Assembly (NCBI RefSeq): GCF_003334815.1
Contig: NZ_QOWO01000003.1
Source: Escherichia coli
GTDB lineage: Bacteria; Pseudomonadota; Gammaproteobacteria; Enterobacterales; Enterobacteriaceae
Length of the DNA: 64,000 nt
Strand: one strand, 5' to 3'
The notes beneath the pieces are model-generated. The model saw only the letters and a list, made by a program, of their open reading frames with translations. It did no database searches and was not told the origin of the DNA. Within the stretch, counting starts at the first letter, position 1; each line of letters begins with the position of its first letter. The translations under genes and the position numbers were made by a program. Below, piece after piece: positions 1 through 12,558 of this stretch.

Positions 1-746
1 CATGGCACACCCGCGAGTTTTTTCAGTCGTGGGCTGAAATCAAGCATTCGGCGAGTGATCGCTTCTATTTCTTTACCCGGCGTTGCTTCACGCGTTTTCA
101 CCACTGCGCCGCTAAATTGTTCTTTGCCACTTTCATCTTTAAAGCGGTAAAGCACCGCCAGATAATGGTCGAACAAGTTATGTTTCCATTCCGGTTGGGA
201 ATAGGTGTCATATTCCAGATTGCCATTGTCCTGGCAGTCAACGTCGTATAACGGCAGGAAATCTAACAGTGAGGTAATACGTAATGCCAGTTCACGCATT
301 TCCGCATTATTAATTGCATGAATGATTGCTCGCGCCAGCATTTCAATCTGCAACTCATTGACGACTAACTCACATTTGCTACCGTCATGTAGCGTTAATA
401 CGAAGGTAAGATTTTCGCCTTGATTATCGGTAAGTTCCAGCGTGTTAACCCGACGATTAATATCGGCATTTTTAAGCTCATCAACCAGAATTTCTGGGAT
501 GTTTTCTGCCATTTTCTTAATGACTTTATCGCGAGCTTGCTCATACTGAAGGTGTGCAGCAGCATCCAGTTTATGCTTTTGATGCAGACGACTTTCCAGC
601 GCAATCAGCAGGTCGCGCAGTTCCATGACAGACATAAAGAACAACGATTCTTTATTGCGAGGTTCTTTAATTTTCAGCGCCAGTGCAATGAAATTATTAC
701 TCTTGCGAATAACACCGGTATTAACACCCTTGATGCTTATGGCCAT
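1..746 (-). CDS. yjeJ: Hypothetical protein, N-terminal part only (gene runs off the window start); position matches K-12 yjeJ
   Basis: ATG at 746-744 (minus) preceded by GGGAGAAC SD; frame stays open to position 1 and is absent from the ORF track, consistent with edge truncation; synteny upstream of epmB. Confidence 0.5.
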   Translation of the reverse strand, partial: MAISIKGVNTGVIRKSNNFIALALKIKEPRNKESLFFMSVMELRDLLIALESRLHQKHKLDAAAHLQYEQARDKVIKKMAENIPEILVDELKNADINRRVNTLELTDNQGENLTFVLTLHDGSKCELVVNELQIEMLARAIIHAINNAEMRELALRITSLLDFLPLYDVDCQDNGNLEYDTYSQPEWKHNLFDHYLAVLYRFKDESGKEQFSGAVVKTREATPGKEIEAITRRMLDFSPRLKKLAGVP

Positions 747-1007
747 GTAGGTTCTCCCTAACCATTTCTCAATTAAATAATTAATTTTAATTTATAAGCC
801 AGATAAATGGGCTTGGTAGTAATAGTTGTTAAAATAACATAAATAGCCGTACTCACTCTATATAAACAGAAAAGAAAGGTTAATTATTGGTGTTAGCTAT
901 ATAAAAAGTAACAACAGCAATGCATATGAATAATTAAAGGTTATGCAACGGGCAAAGATTAAACTTCCCAGTTTAATGACAGGTTGCTGTACTTGCGTTT
1001 GTTGCTC

Positions 1008-1107
1008 TTGCCGGATGCAGCGTAAACGCCTTATCCGGCCTACAGTTCATTGCAAATCCATTCAATTTCAATGCACGATGTAGGCCTGATAAGCGTAGCG
1101 AATCAGG
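1008..1107. repeat. REP/BIME element (two inverted REP units: GCCGGATGCAGCGTAAACGCCTTATCCGGCCTACA ... GTAGGCCTGATAAGCGTAGCGAATCAGGC)
   Basis: Characteristic E. coli REP palindromic units in the yjeJ-epmB intergenic region. Confidence 0.7.
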
Positions 1108-1140
1108 CAATTTTAATGTTTAACTTCCCTGTTTAATCAG

Positions 1141-2169
1141 TTACTGCTGGCGTAGCTGGAGATCCAGCGGCGTTTTGCTGGGTTCGCCGCCAATTTCTCG
1201 CGCCAGTTTCGGCACCAGATATCCCGACACCAGTGTCAGCAACTCACGCATAATCTGCCGTGCTTCGTCATCACTCACCATAAAATGCGCCGCGCCCTGT
1301 ACTTTATCGAGCACATGCAGGTAATACGGCATTACGCCGGCATCGAACAACGCATTACTCAGGTTTGCCAGCGTTTGTGCGTTATCGTTCACATCACGTA
1401 ACAGAACGCTCTGGTTCAGCAAAGTAACGCCTACCCGGCGCAACTTAGCCATCGCCTGACGGAATGTTTCATCTACCTCATTGGCATGGTTGATGTGATT
1501 CACCAGCAAGATTTGCAGCGTAGAACGGGCAAAGCATTCAACCAGCGCCTCGGTGATACGTGCCGGGATCACAATCGGCAGACGGCTGTGAATCCGCAGA
1601 CGTTTTATATGCGGGATGGCTTCCAGTTGTGTGAGCAACCAGTCCAGCTCGTGATCTTTCGCCATCAGCGGATCGCCGCCGGAGAAAATCATCTCGTCCA
1701 GTTCCGGATGCGCAGCAACATACTCAAGTGCAGTTTGCCAGTTACGCTTGTTGCCCTGATTTTCGGCATAGGGGAAGTGACGACGGAAGCAATAGCGGCA
1801 ATTTACCGCGCAGCCGCCTTTGACCAGCAAAAGCGCCCGGTTGTGGTATTTATGCAACAAACCAGGCACTACGCTGTGCTGTTCTTCCAGTGGGTCGGTG
1901 GAGAATCCGGGCGCGATGACAAACTCATCTTGCGAGGTAAGTACCTGACGCAAAAGAGGATCGTCCGGATTGCCTTTCTCCATGCGATCGATAAATGAGC
2001 GGGGCACACGCAGGGCAAAAAGCTTTTTGGCGCTGCGTCCGGCTAACAGTTTTTCCTCCGCGTCTATATTCAAAAGACGCAGAAGTTCATCAGGATCGGT
2101 CACAACATCGGCAAGTTGCGTTAACCAATCTTCTCTGGATGGGGTATTTAGGGTTACAATATGCGCCAT
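1141..2169 (-). CDS. epmB: EF-P beta-lysylation enzyme, lysine 2,3-aminomutase family (radical SAM)
   Basis: 342-aa ORF with CxxxCxxC motif (CAVNCRYC); matches recalled K-12 EpmB/YjeK; divergent from efp. Confidence 0.95.
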   Translation of the reverse strand: MAHIVTLNTPSREDWLTQLADVVTDPDELLRLLNIDAEEKLLAGRSAKKLFALRVPRSFIDRMEKGNPDDPLLRQVLTSQDEFVIAPGFSTDPLEEQHSVVPGLLHKYHNRALLLVKGGCAVNCRYCFRRHFPYAENQGNKRNWQTALEYVAAHPELDEMIFSGGDPLMAKDHELDWLLTQLEAIPHIKRLRIHSRLPIVIPARITEALVECFARSTLQILLVNHINHANEVDETFRQAMAKLRRVGVTLLNQSVLLRDVNDNAQTLANLSNALFDAGVMPYYLHVLDKVQGAAHFMVSDDEARQIMRELLTLVSGYLVPKLAREIGGEPSKTPLDLQLRQQ

Positions 2170-2210
2170 TTTGTGGCTTAGCTACCAATTAACAAATTTC
2201 AGAGGGCCTT

Positions 2211-2777
2211 ATGGCAACGTACTATAGCAACGATTTTCGTGCTGGTCTTAAAATCATGTTAGACGGCGAACCTTACGCGGTTGAAGCGAGTGAATTCGTA
2301 AAACCGGGTAAAGGCCAGGCATTTGCTCGCGTTAAACTGCGTCGTCTGCTGACCGGTACTCGCGTAGAAAAAACCTTCAAATCTACTGATTCCGCTGAAG
2401 GCGCTGATGTTGTCGATATGAACCTGACTTACCTGTACAACGACGGTGAGTTCTGGCACTTCATGAACAACGAAACTTTCGAGCAGCTGTCTGCTGATGC
2501 AAAAGCAATTGGTGACAACGCTAAATGGCTGCTGGATCAGGCAGAGTGTATCGTAACTCTGTGGAATGGTCAGCCGATCTCCGTTACTCCGCCGAACTTC
2601 GTTGAACTGGAAATCGTTGATACCGATCCGGGCCTGAAAGGTGATACCGCAGGTACTGGTGGCAAACCGGCTACCCTGTCTACTGGCGCTGTGGTTAAAG
2701 TTCCGCTGTTTGTACAAATCGGCGAAGTCATCAAAGTGGATACCCGCTCTGGTGAATACGTCTCTCGCGTGAAGTAA
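2211..2777 (+). CDS. efp: Elongation factor P
   Basis: 188-aa [18 protein letters not shown]..., modified-lysine loop KPGKGQA. Confidence 0.97.
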
Positions 2778-2828
2778 TGCGGTTGTGGTGCGGCCTGCAG
2801 GCTGCACCATCACTTATTCAGGTCAGAG

Positions 2829-2954
2829 ATGATGAAACGCCTTATCGTTCTTGTTTTGCTTGCCAGCACGCTGCTCACGGGCTGTAACACCGCTCGCGGT
2901 TTCGGCGAAGACATCAAACATCTCGGCAACTCCATCTCTCGCGCTGCCAGCTAA
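2829..2954 (+). CDS. ecnA: Entericidin A lipoprotein (41 aa)
   Basis: Small [22 protein letters not shown]... with lipobox LTGC; below the 60-aa ORF track cutoff, read directly from sequence. Confidence 0.8.
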   Translation: MMKRLIVLVLLASTLLTGCNTARGFGEDIKHLGNSISRAAS

Positions 2955-3064
2955 TTTTTCTTCTCTTCCGAAAAATCATCAGATTCCCATCATTTTTGGC
3001 GATGTTGTCTATTATTAATTTGCTATAGGCAAACATAAATAACATTACCTAAAAGGAAGACGTT

Positions 3065-3211
3065 ATGGTGAAGAAGACAATTGCAGCGATCTTTTCTGTT
3101 CTGGTGCTTTCAACAGTATTAACTGCCTGCAACACCACGCGTGGCGTTGGTGAAGACATTTCTGATGGCGGTAACGCGATTTCTGGCGCAGCAACGAAAG
3201 CGCAGCAATAA
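3065..3211 (+). CDS. ecnB: Entericidin B lipoprotein (48 aa)
   Basis: Small [25 protein letters not shown]... paralogous to ecnA; read directly from sequence. Confidence 0.8.
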
Positions 3212-3386
3212 GCAATAACGGTACGACAGCTGTGTCGTGCCGTTTGTTTTTTCTGCGATAGTCACAAAGGTAATAGTTGAAATTCCCCTGCCACCTGGCA
3301 AAATATCCGTTCAACCATCAGCTTTGCAGGACGACCTGCAAACGCCTCTTTTCACCGGGGACGGCCCCAATTCTCCGGAGCCTGAT

Positions 3387-3704
3387 ATGTCCTGGATTAT
3401 CTTAGTTATTGCTGGTCTGCTGGAAGTGGTATGGGCCGTTGGCCTGAAATATACCCACGGCTTTAGTCGTTTGACGCCGAGTGTTATTACTGTGACGGCG
3501 ATGATTGTCAGTATGGCGCTACTTGCCTGGGCGATGAAATCGTTACCAGTAGGGACGGCTTATGCCGTGTGGACGGGTATTGGCGCAGTCGGCGCGGCCA
3601 TAACCGGCATTGTGCTGCTCGGTGAGTCCGCTAACCCGATGCGCCTGGCGAGTCTGGCGTTAATCGTATTGGGGATTATTGGTCTGAAACTCAGCACTCA
3701 CTAA
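3387..3704 (+). CDS. gdx: SMR-family guanidinium exporter (SugE)
   Basis: 105-aa product [21 protein letters not shown]... from internal ATG at 3387 (GGAG SD) of the 155-aa ORF. Confidence 0.9.
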   Translation: MSWIILVIAGLLEVVWAVGLKYTHGFSRLTPSVITVTAMIVSMALLAWAMKSLPVGTAYAVWTGIGAVGAAITGIVLLGESANPMRLASLALIVLGIIGLKLSTH

Positions 3705-4234
3705 CTACCAGGCTGCTGTACCCAAATAAATTTACTGACATCAAACCCTTCCCGGGTCGCGACTGCCAGCATCTCCTGTTTCACTTCGTCAGAAATGGTT
3801 GGCGTGCGGGAGAGTATCCACAGGTAGTCGCGGTCCGGGCCGCAAACCAGCGCATGGCGGTATTCCCGATCGAGTGCAATAACGTTATAACCGCCATAGA
3901 AAGGACCAAAGAATGACACTTTCAGCGCAGCGCGAGTTGGTGCGCCGGTAAAGTACGCTTTCCCTTCACTCTGCTGCCACATTCCTCTGTCAGGGTTATA
4001 GCCTTTATTAATGACATTCAGGCCGCCGTCATCACGCAGGCTGTATGTTGCGGTGACTTTTTCCAGTCCACGTTCAAAGCGGTGATCAAAACGGGCAATC
4101 TCATACCAGGTACCGAGATAACGTTTGGCGTCGAAATTATTTACTACGGTCACGCCACGCGGCGGCGTAGGAGAACTGCAGGCAACGACCAGAAATGCAG
4201 CTGTCGCTGCGGCAACGAGAGGGAGCAGGCGCAT
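3701..4234 (-). CDS. blc: Outer-membrane lipocalin Blc
   Basis: 177-aa ORF with lipobox VACSS; stop overlaps gdx stop (convergent). Confidence 0.93.
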   Translation of the reverse strand: MRLLPLVAAATAAFLVVACSSPTPPRGVTVVNNFDAKRYLGTWYEIARFDHRFERGLEKVTATYSLRDDGGLNVINKGYNPDRGMWQQSEGKAYFTGAPTRAALKVSFFGPFYGGYNVIALDREYRHALVCGPDRDYLWILSRTPTISDEVKQEMLAVATREGFDVSKFIWVQQPGS

Positions 4235-4280
4235 AAATGTTTCCTTACTGGTTTTTTTCTAAGTGTAGATGACAGCAAGG

Positions 4281-4312
4281 AAAAGCGGAGAAAAGGTCCG
4301 AAAATTCGGACC
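4281..4312 (-). terminator. Intrinsic terminator downstream of ampC
   Basis: GGTCCGAA..TTCGGACC hairpin followed by a T-run on the minus strand. Confidence 0.55.
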
Positions 4313-4322
4313 CGATGGAATT

Positions 4323-5878
<1,556 letters not shown>

Positions 5879-5888
5879 CTCAGGCTCC

Positions 5889-7021
<1,133 letters not shown>

Positions 7022-7029
<8 letters not shown>

Positions 7030-8830
7030 TCGCCTTCTCCTTCTTATTGGCTGCTTCCGCCTTATCGGCTGCATCCGCTTCGCCACCGTAAACGCGTTTA
7101 GCTGGCGGCAGCGTAGTAATCTTCACGTCGCTGTACTCCAGGCGAGTCGTGCCATCAGCATCGCGGAAGGCGAGGGTGTGTTTGAGGAAGTTGACGTCGT
7201 CACGCTCGGTGCAACCTTCGTCCAGACGCTGGTGCGCGCCGCGGGACTCTTTACGTGCCATTGCGGAGTGCGCCATACATTCAGCAACGTTCAGACCGTG
7301 GCCCAGTTCAATGGTGTAGAGCAGGTCGGTGTTGAACACGCTGGAAGTGTCGGTGATGCGCACGCGCTTGAAGCGTTCCTGCAGCTCTGCCAGCTTGTCG
7401 ATGGTTTTCTGCATCAGTTCCGGCGTACGGTAGATACCGCAGCCTTCTTCCATAGCCAGGCCCATTTCGTCGCGGATCTTCGCCCAGTTTTCGCCGCCAT
7501 CCTGGTTAACCAGATCTTTCAGACGTTGTTCAACGCCAGCTGCCTGCGCTTCAATTGCCGCTTCGTTGCCATTACCGGCAGTTGCTGCACGCTCTGTCGC
7601 TTGTTCACCGGCCAGACGGCCGAAGACCACCAGTTCCGCCAGGGAGTTAGAACCCAGACGGTTTGCACCGTGCAGACCAACAGAGGAACATTCACCCACG
7701 GCGAACAGACCTTTAATGCGGGTTTCACAGTTCTGATCGGTTTCGATACCGCCCATGGTGTAGTGTGCGGTCGGACGTACCGGAATCGGTTCTTTAACCG
7801 GATCGACGCCAACGTACGCTTTCGCCAGTTCGCAGATGAACGGCAGACGTTCATGCAGTTTTTTCTCGCCGAGGTGACGCAAGTCGAGATAAACCACATC
7901 GCCACGCGGCGTGGAGATGGTGTTGCCTTTACGCCATTCGTGCCAGAAGGCCTGAGAGACTTTGTCGCGTGGACCCAGTTCCATATATTTGTTTTTCGGC
8001 TCGCCCAGCGGAGTTTCCGGGCCCATGCCGTAATCTTGCAGATAACGGTAGCCATTTTTGTTGACCAGAATACCGCCTTCACCGCGGCAACCTTCGGTCA
8101 TCAGGATACCGGAACCTGGCAGACCGGTTGGGTGATACTGAACGAATTCCATGTCACGCAGCGGAACGCCGTGGCTTAGCGCCATACCCATACCGTCACC
8201 GGTAACGATGCCGCCGTTGGTGTTGTAACGATAAACGCGACCCGCACCGCCAGTAGCCATAACGACCGCGTTAGCACGGATCTGCACCAGCGTGCCTTCC
8301 ATCATGTTCATTGCTACCAGGCCGCGAACATGACCATCATCAACCAGAATATCCAGCACGAAATGTTCGTCAAAACGCTGGATCTGCGGGAATTGCAGAG
8401 AGGTCTGGAACAGCGTGTGCAGCATATGGAAGCCGGTCTTATCGGCGGCGAACCAGGTGCGCTCGATTTTCATGCCGCCGAAGCGACGTACGTTGACGCT
8501 ACCATCCGGGCGACGGCTCCATGGGCATCCCCACAGTTCCAGTTGGGTCATTTCGGTTGGGCAGTGGTGGACGAAATAATCCACGACATCCTGCTCACAC
8601 AACCAGTCGCCACCCGCTACTGTATCGTGAAAGTGATATTCGAAGCTGTCATGATCCTGCGCGACAGCGGCGGAGCCCCCTTCTGCAGCAACGGTATGGC
8701 TACGCATCGGGTATACTTTTGAGATTAGTGCGATTTTTGCATTCGGATTTGCCTGCGCGGCAGCAATTGCAGCACGTAATCCCGCGCCACCGGCGCCTAC
8801 AATGGCAAGATCGGCTTGAAAGGTTTGCAC
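7022..8830 (-). CDS. frdA: Fumarate reductase flavoprotein subunit
   Basis: 602-aa ORF with [13 protein letters not shown] motif and [10 protein letters not shown] covalent-FAD histidine. Confidence 0.97.
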
Positions 8831-8962
8831 GACATTCCTCCAGATTGTTTTTATCCCACAGCCACGTACTTCAGGGTAAGTACCTGAAAGTTACGGTCTG
8901 CGAACGCTATTCCACTGCTCCTTTATAGGTACAACAGTATAGTCTGATGGATAAGTCTGAAA

Positions 8963-8976
8963 TTTGACGAGATCGA
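8963..8976 (-). promoter_or_regulatory. Putative FNR-type operator in the frdA promoter region
   Basis: TCGATCTCGTCAAA (minus-strand reading) resembles the TTGAT-N4-ATCAA FNR half-site arrangement upstream of frdA. Confidence 0.4.
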
Positions 8977-9154
8977 TTTTTTTAGTGCGCAAGAGGGCTA
9001 AATTATCACTGAAGATGATTAATTTAATTACTAAACCATCAGATCGTGCTTTTTTTAGTCACTGCCCACCGCTGTTTGATTCCTGCGTAAAATTTGTCTC
9101 GCCGTCGCGTTGCGAGTAGACTTCGTGCCCTTGTCAAAAACTGGAGATTTAACT

Positions 9155-10132
9155 ATGAGCGAAACGGCATCCTGGCAGCCGAGCGCATCCATTCCTAACT
9201 TATTAAAACGCGCGGCGATTATGGCGGAGATCCGTCGTTTCTTTGCCGATCGTGGAGTGCTGGAGGTGGAGACGCCTTGTATGAGCCAGGCGACGGTAAC
9301 CGATATTCATTTGGTCCCGTTTGAGACACGTTTCGTTGGCCCCGGGCATTCGCAGGGGATGAATCTCTGGTTAATGACCAGCCCGGAATACCATATGAAA
9401 CGCCTGCTGGTTGCCGGTTGTGGGCCGGTATTCCAGCTGTGCCGCAGCTTCCGTAATGAAGAGATGGGGCGTTATCACAACCCTGAGTTCACTATGCTGG
9501 AGTGGTATCGACCGCACTATGATATGTACCGGTTGATGAACGAGGTGGACGATCTCTTACAACAGGTGCTGGACTGCCCGGCAGCAGAAAGCCTTTCTTA
9601 TCAACAAGCTTTCTTGCGTTATCTGGAAATTGACCCGCTCTCTGCCGACAAAACGCAACTGCGGGAAGTCGCAGCGAAACTGGATTTGAGCAATGTTGCT
9701 GATACCGAAGAAGACCGCGACACGCTGCTACAATTGCTGTTTACCTTTGGCGTAGAGCCAAATATTGGCAAAGAAAAACCGACCTTTGTGTACCACTTTC
9801 CAGCCAGCCAGGCATCACTGGCGCAAATCAGTACCGAAGATCATCGGGTCGCTGAACGCTTTGAGGTTTATTATAAAGGTATTGAGCTGGCGAATGGTTT
9901 CCATGAATTGACGGATGCCCGTGAGCAGCAACAACGCTTTGAACAAGATAACCGTAAGCGCGCGGCGCGCGGTTTGCCGCAGCACCCCATTGACCAGAAT
10001 CTGATTGAAGCCTTGAAAGTCGGTATGCCTGACTGTTCCGGCGTGGCATTAGGTGTTGATCGTCTGGTGATGTTGGCGCTGGGCGCGGAGACACTGGCTG
10101 AAGTCATCGCCTTTAGCGTTGACCGGGCATAA
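9155..10132 (+). CDS. epmA: EF-P--(R)-beta-lysine ligase (truncated lysyl-tRNA synthetase paralog)
   Basis: 325-aa product [20 protein letters not shown]... from the internal ATG of a 340-aa ORF. Confidence 0.95.
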   Translation: MSETASWQPSASIPNLLKRAAIMAEIRRFFADRGVLEVETPCMSQATVTDIHLVPFETRFVGPGHSQGMNLWLMTSPEYHMKRLLVAGCGPVFQLCRSFRNEEMGRYHNPEFTMLEWYRPHYDMYRLMNEVDDLLQQVLDCPAAESLSYQQAFLRYLEIDPLSADKTQLREVAAKLDLSNVADTEEDRDTLLQLLFTFGVEPNIGKEKPTFVYHFPASQASLAQISTEDHRVAERFEVYYKGIELANGFHELTDAREQQQRFEQDNRKRAARGLPQHPIDQNLIEALKVGMPDCSGVALGVDRLVMLALGAETLAEVIAFSVDRA

Positions 10133-10350
10133 TTCTGAAAAATTACTGAATTAACAGCGAAGAATGGCGTGATAAGCGCCATTCTGTAGCATATGTTTTC
10201 ATTTTTCCGTTAAAGGCCACAATTTAAGACTGGATATTTGATATCATCCAGGTATCAATTCTGTATTGGTTTTTACGCTGCCTGCTCAATGTTGCGCAGT
10301 GCAGTTCAGTGGGCACGTGTTATACACGCGCTGAAATGAAGGATGGTTTC

Positions 10351-11853
10351 ATGCCTCACACGATAAAAAAGATGAGTCTGATAGGACTCATATTGATGAT
10401 CTTTACTTCCGTATTTGGATTTGCCAATAGCCCATCGGCTTATTACTTAATGGGTTATAGTGCGATTCCCTTTTATATATTTTCTGCATTGTTATTCTTT
10501 ATTCCATTCGCCTTAATGATGGCTGAAATGGGAGCTGCTTATCGCAAAGAAGAAGGCGGTATCTATTCCTGGATGAATAATAGTGTCGGACCACGTTTTG
10601 CCTTCATTGGTACGTTTATGTGGTTTTCCTCTTATATCATCTGGATGGTGAGTACCTCCGCGAAAGTTTGGGTACCGTTCTCAACATTCCTCTATGGTAG
10701 CGACATGACCCAGCACTGGCGTATTGCCGGACTGGAGCCTACGCAGGTGGTTGGTCTGCTGGCTGTGGCATGGATGATTCTGGTCACCGTCGTTGCTTCT
10801 AAGGGGATTAATAAAATTGCCCGCATTACTGCGGTGGGCGGTATTGCAGTAATGTGTCTGAATTTAGTATTGCTGTTAGTAAGCATTACTATTTTGTTAT
10901 TAAATGGTGGGCATTTCGCGCAGGATATTAATTTCCTTGCATCACCGAACCCGGGTTATCAGTCCGGTCTGGCAATGCTATCGTTTGTGGTATTTGCCAT
11001 TTTTGCCTATGGCGGAATTGAAGCGGTTGGTGGTCTGGTCGATAAAACGGAAAATCCAGAAAAGAACTTTGCCAAAGGTATTGTTTTTGCCGCTATTGTT
11101 ATTTCAATCGGTTATTCGCTGGCAATATTTTTATGGGGCGTCAGCACAAACTGGCAGCAGGTATTAAGTAATGGTTCCGTTAACCTCGGCAATATTACCT
11201 ATGTGCTGATGAAGAGCCTTGGGATGACGCTGGGTAATGCACTGCATTTGTCACCTGAAGCGTCATTGTCGCTGGGCGTATGGTTTGCGCGTATTACTGG
11301 ACTTTCGATGTTCCTCGCCTATACCGGTGCGTTCTTTACGCTTTGCTATTCACCGTTGAAAGCCATCATCCAGGGGACGCCGAAAGCATTGTGGCCGGAA
11401 CCGATGACGCGCCTGAATGCGATGGGGATGCCGTCTATCGCCATGTGGATGCAGTGCGGGTTGGTTACTGTCTTCATCCTGCTGGTTTCGTTTGGTGGCG
11501 GTACCGCATCGGCGTTCTTTAACAAGCTGACGCTGATGGCGAACGTGTCTATGACGCTTCCTTACCTGTTCCTCGCGCTGGCTTTCCCGTTCTTTAAAGC
11601 ACGTCAGGATCTCGACAGACCGTTTGTGATTTTCAAAACGCATTTGTCGGCAATGATTGCGACAGTGGTTGTCGTACTGGTGGTGACATTTGCGAACGTC
11701 TTCACCATCATTCAACCTGTGGTTGAAGCCGGAGACTGGGACAGCACATTGTGGATGATTGGCGGCCCTGTCTTCTTCTCGCTGTTAGCGATGGCGATTT
11801 ACCAGAACTATTGCAGCAGAGTGGCAAAAAATCCGCAGTGGGCGGTGGAATAA
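10351..11853 (+). CDS. yjeM: APC-family putative amino-acid/amine transporter
   Basis: 500-aa polytopic membrane protein MPHTIKKMSLIGLILM... Confidence 0.9.
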   Translation: MPHTIKKMSLIGLILMIFTSVFGFANSPSAYYLMGYSAIPFYIFSALLFFIPFALMMAEMGAAYRKEEGGIYSWMNNSVGPRFAFIGTFMWFSSYIIWMVSTSAKVWVPFSTFLYGSDMTQHWRIAGLEPTQVVGLLAVAWMILVTVVASKGINKIARITAVGGIAVMCLNLVLLLVSITILLLNGGHFAQDINFLASPNPGYQSGLAMLSFVVFAIFAYGGIEAVGGLVDKTENPEKNFAKGIVFAAIVISIGYSLAIFLWGVSTNWQQVLSNGSVNLGNITYVLMKSLGMTLGNALHLSPEASLSLGVWFARITGLSMFLAYTGAFFTLCYSPLKAIIQGTPKALWPEPMTRLNAMGMPSIAMWMQCGLVTVFILLVSFGGGTASAFFNKLTLMANVSMTLPYLFLALAFPFFKARQDLDRPFVIFKTHLSAMIATVVVVLVVTFANVFTIIQPVVEAGDWDSTLWMIGGPVFFSLLAMAIYQNYCSRVAKNPQWAVE

Positions 11854-11904
11854 CCCGATGCCCTATCGTCTACCTGACGATAGGGCGTAAAGACAGGAAA
11901 TGTT

Positions 11905-12219
11905 ATGGATGACACCAGCCGGGACCCGGCAATAACCGAAGATGAAATCAGGGCGCTGCAATTTTCTGCCGGGGATGTAGCGGAAATAGAGCAGACGATT
12001 CTCTCTTTTGTCGATGCCTGCCACACCCGTAAAGTGGCGATGGTGGTGGGTAGCACCATTAACACCCTCAAAGATCGCGATGGTAAACGGTGGGGAAACC
12101 TGCCGGATATTTATTGCGCTTATCTTATCCGATGTCTGGTTTTTCGCGGGGAATTAGTGGGATACGGCGATTTGTTTCGTATGCGCTATAGCGAAATTAA
12201 GCGACCGGTTACCTTATGA
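11905..12219 (+). CDS. yjeN: Uncharacterised protein YjeN
   Basis: 104-aa ORF; synteny. Confidence 0.75.
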   Translation: MDDTSRDPAITEDEIRALQFSAGDVAEIEQTILSFVDACHTRKVAMVVGSTINTLKDRDGKRWGNLPDIYCAYLIRCLVFRGELVGYGDLFRMRYSEIKRPVTL

Positions 12220-12530
12220 GTGCGCGCATGTTTGTCTTATGCTGCATCTGGTTTATTGTGGCGTTCCTCTGGATAACCATCACTTCCGCGCTGGACAAAG
12301 AGTGGATGATTGATGGACGCGGGATTAACAACGTCTGCGATGTGTTGATGTATCTCGAAGAAGACGATACCCGTGATGTTGGTGTGATAATGACGTTACC
12401 GCTCTTTTTCCCTTTTCTCTGGTTCGCTTTGTGGCGAAAAAAACGCGGCTGGTTTATGTACGCCACCGCGCTGGCTATTTTCGGCTACTGGCTGTGGCAG
12501 TTTTTTCTGCGCTATCAGTTTTGTTTGTGA
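12216..12530 (+). CDS. yjeO: Uncharacterised inner-membrane protein YjeO
   Basis: 104-aa hydrophobic ORF overlapping the yjeN stop. Confidence 0.75.
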   Translation: MSARMFVLCCIWFIVAFLWITITSALDKEWMIDGRGINNVCDVLMYLEEDDTRDVGVIMTLPLFFPFLWFALWRKKRGWFMYATALAIFGYWLWQFFLRYQFCL

Positions 12531-12558
12531 GCCGGATTGGTTCATCCGGCACACAAAC

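Noticed and set aside
1008-1107. Possible CRISPR array (repeated GC-rich palindromes here and at 35564-35651 and 42356-42392)
   Set aside because: The copies are REP/BIME palindromic units scattered at distant loci, not a regular repeat-spacer array, and no cas genes are present.
7178-8179. 333-aa ORF on the plus strand
   Set aside because: Antisense to frdA; shadow ORF. The same applies to 7519-8082, 8330-8722 and 8521-8928.
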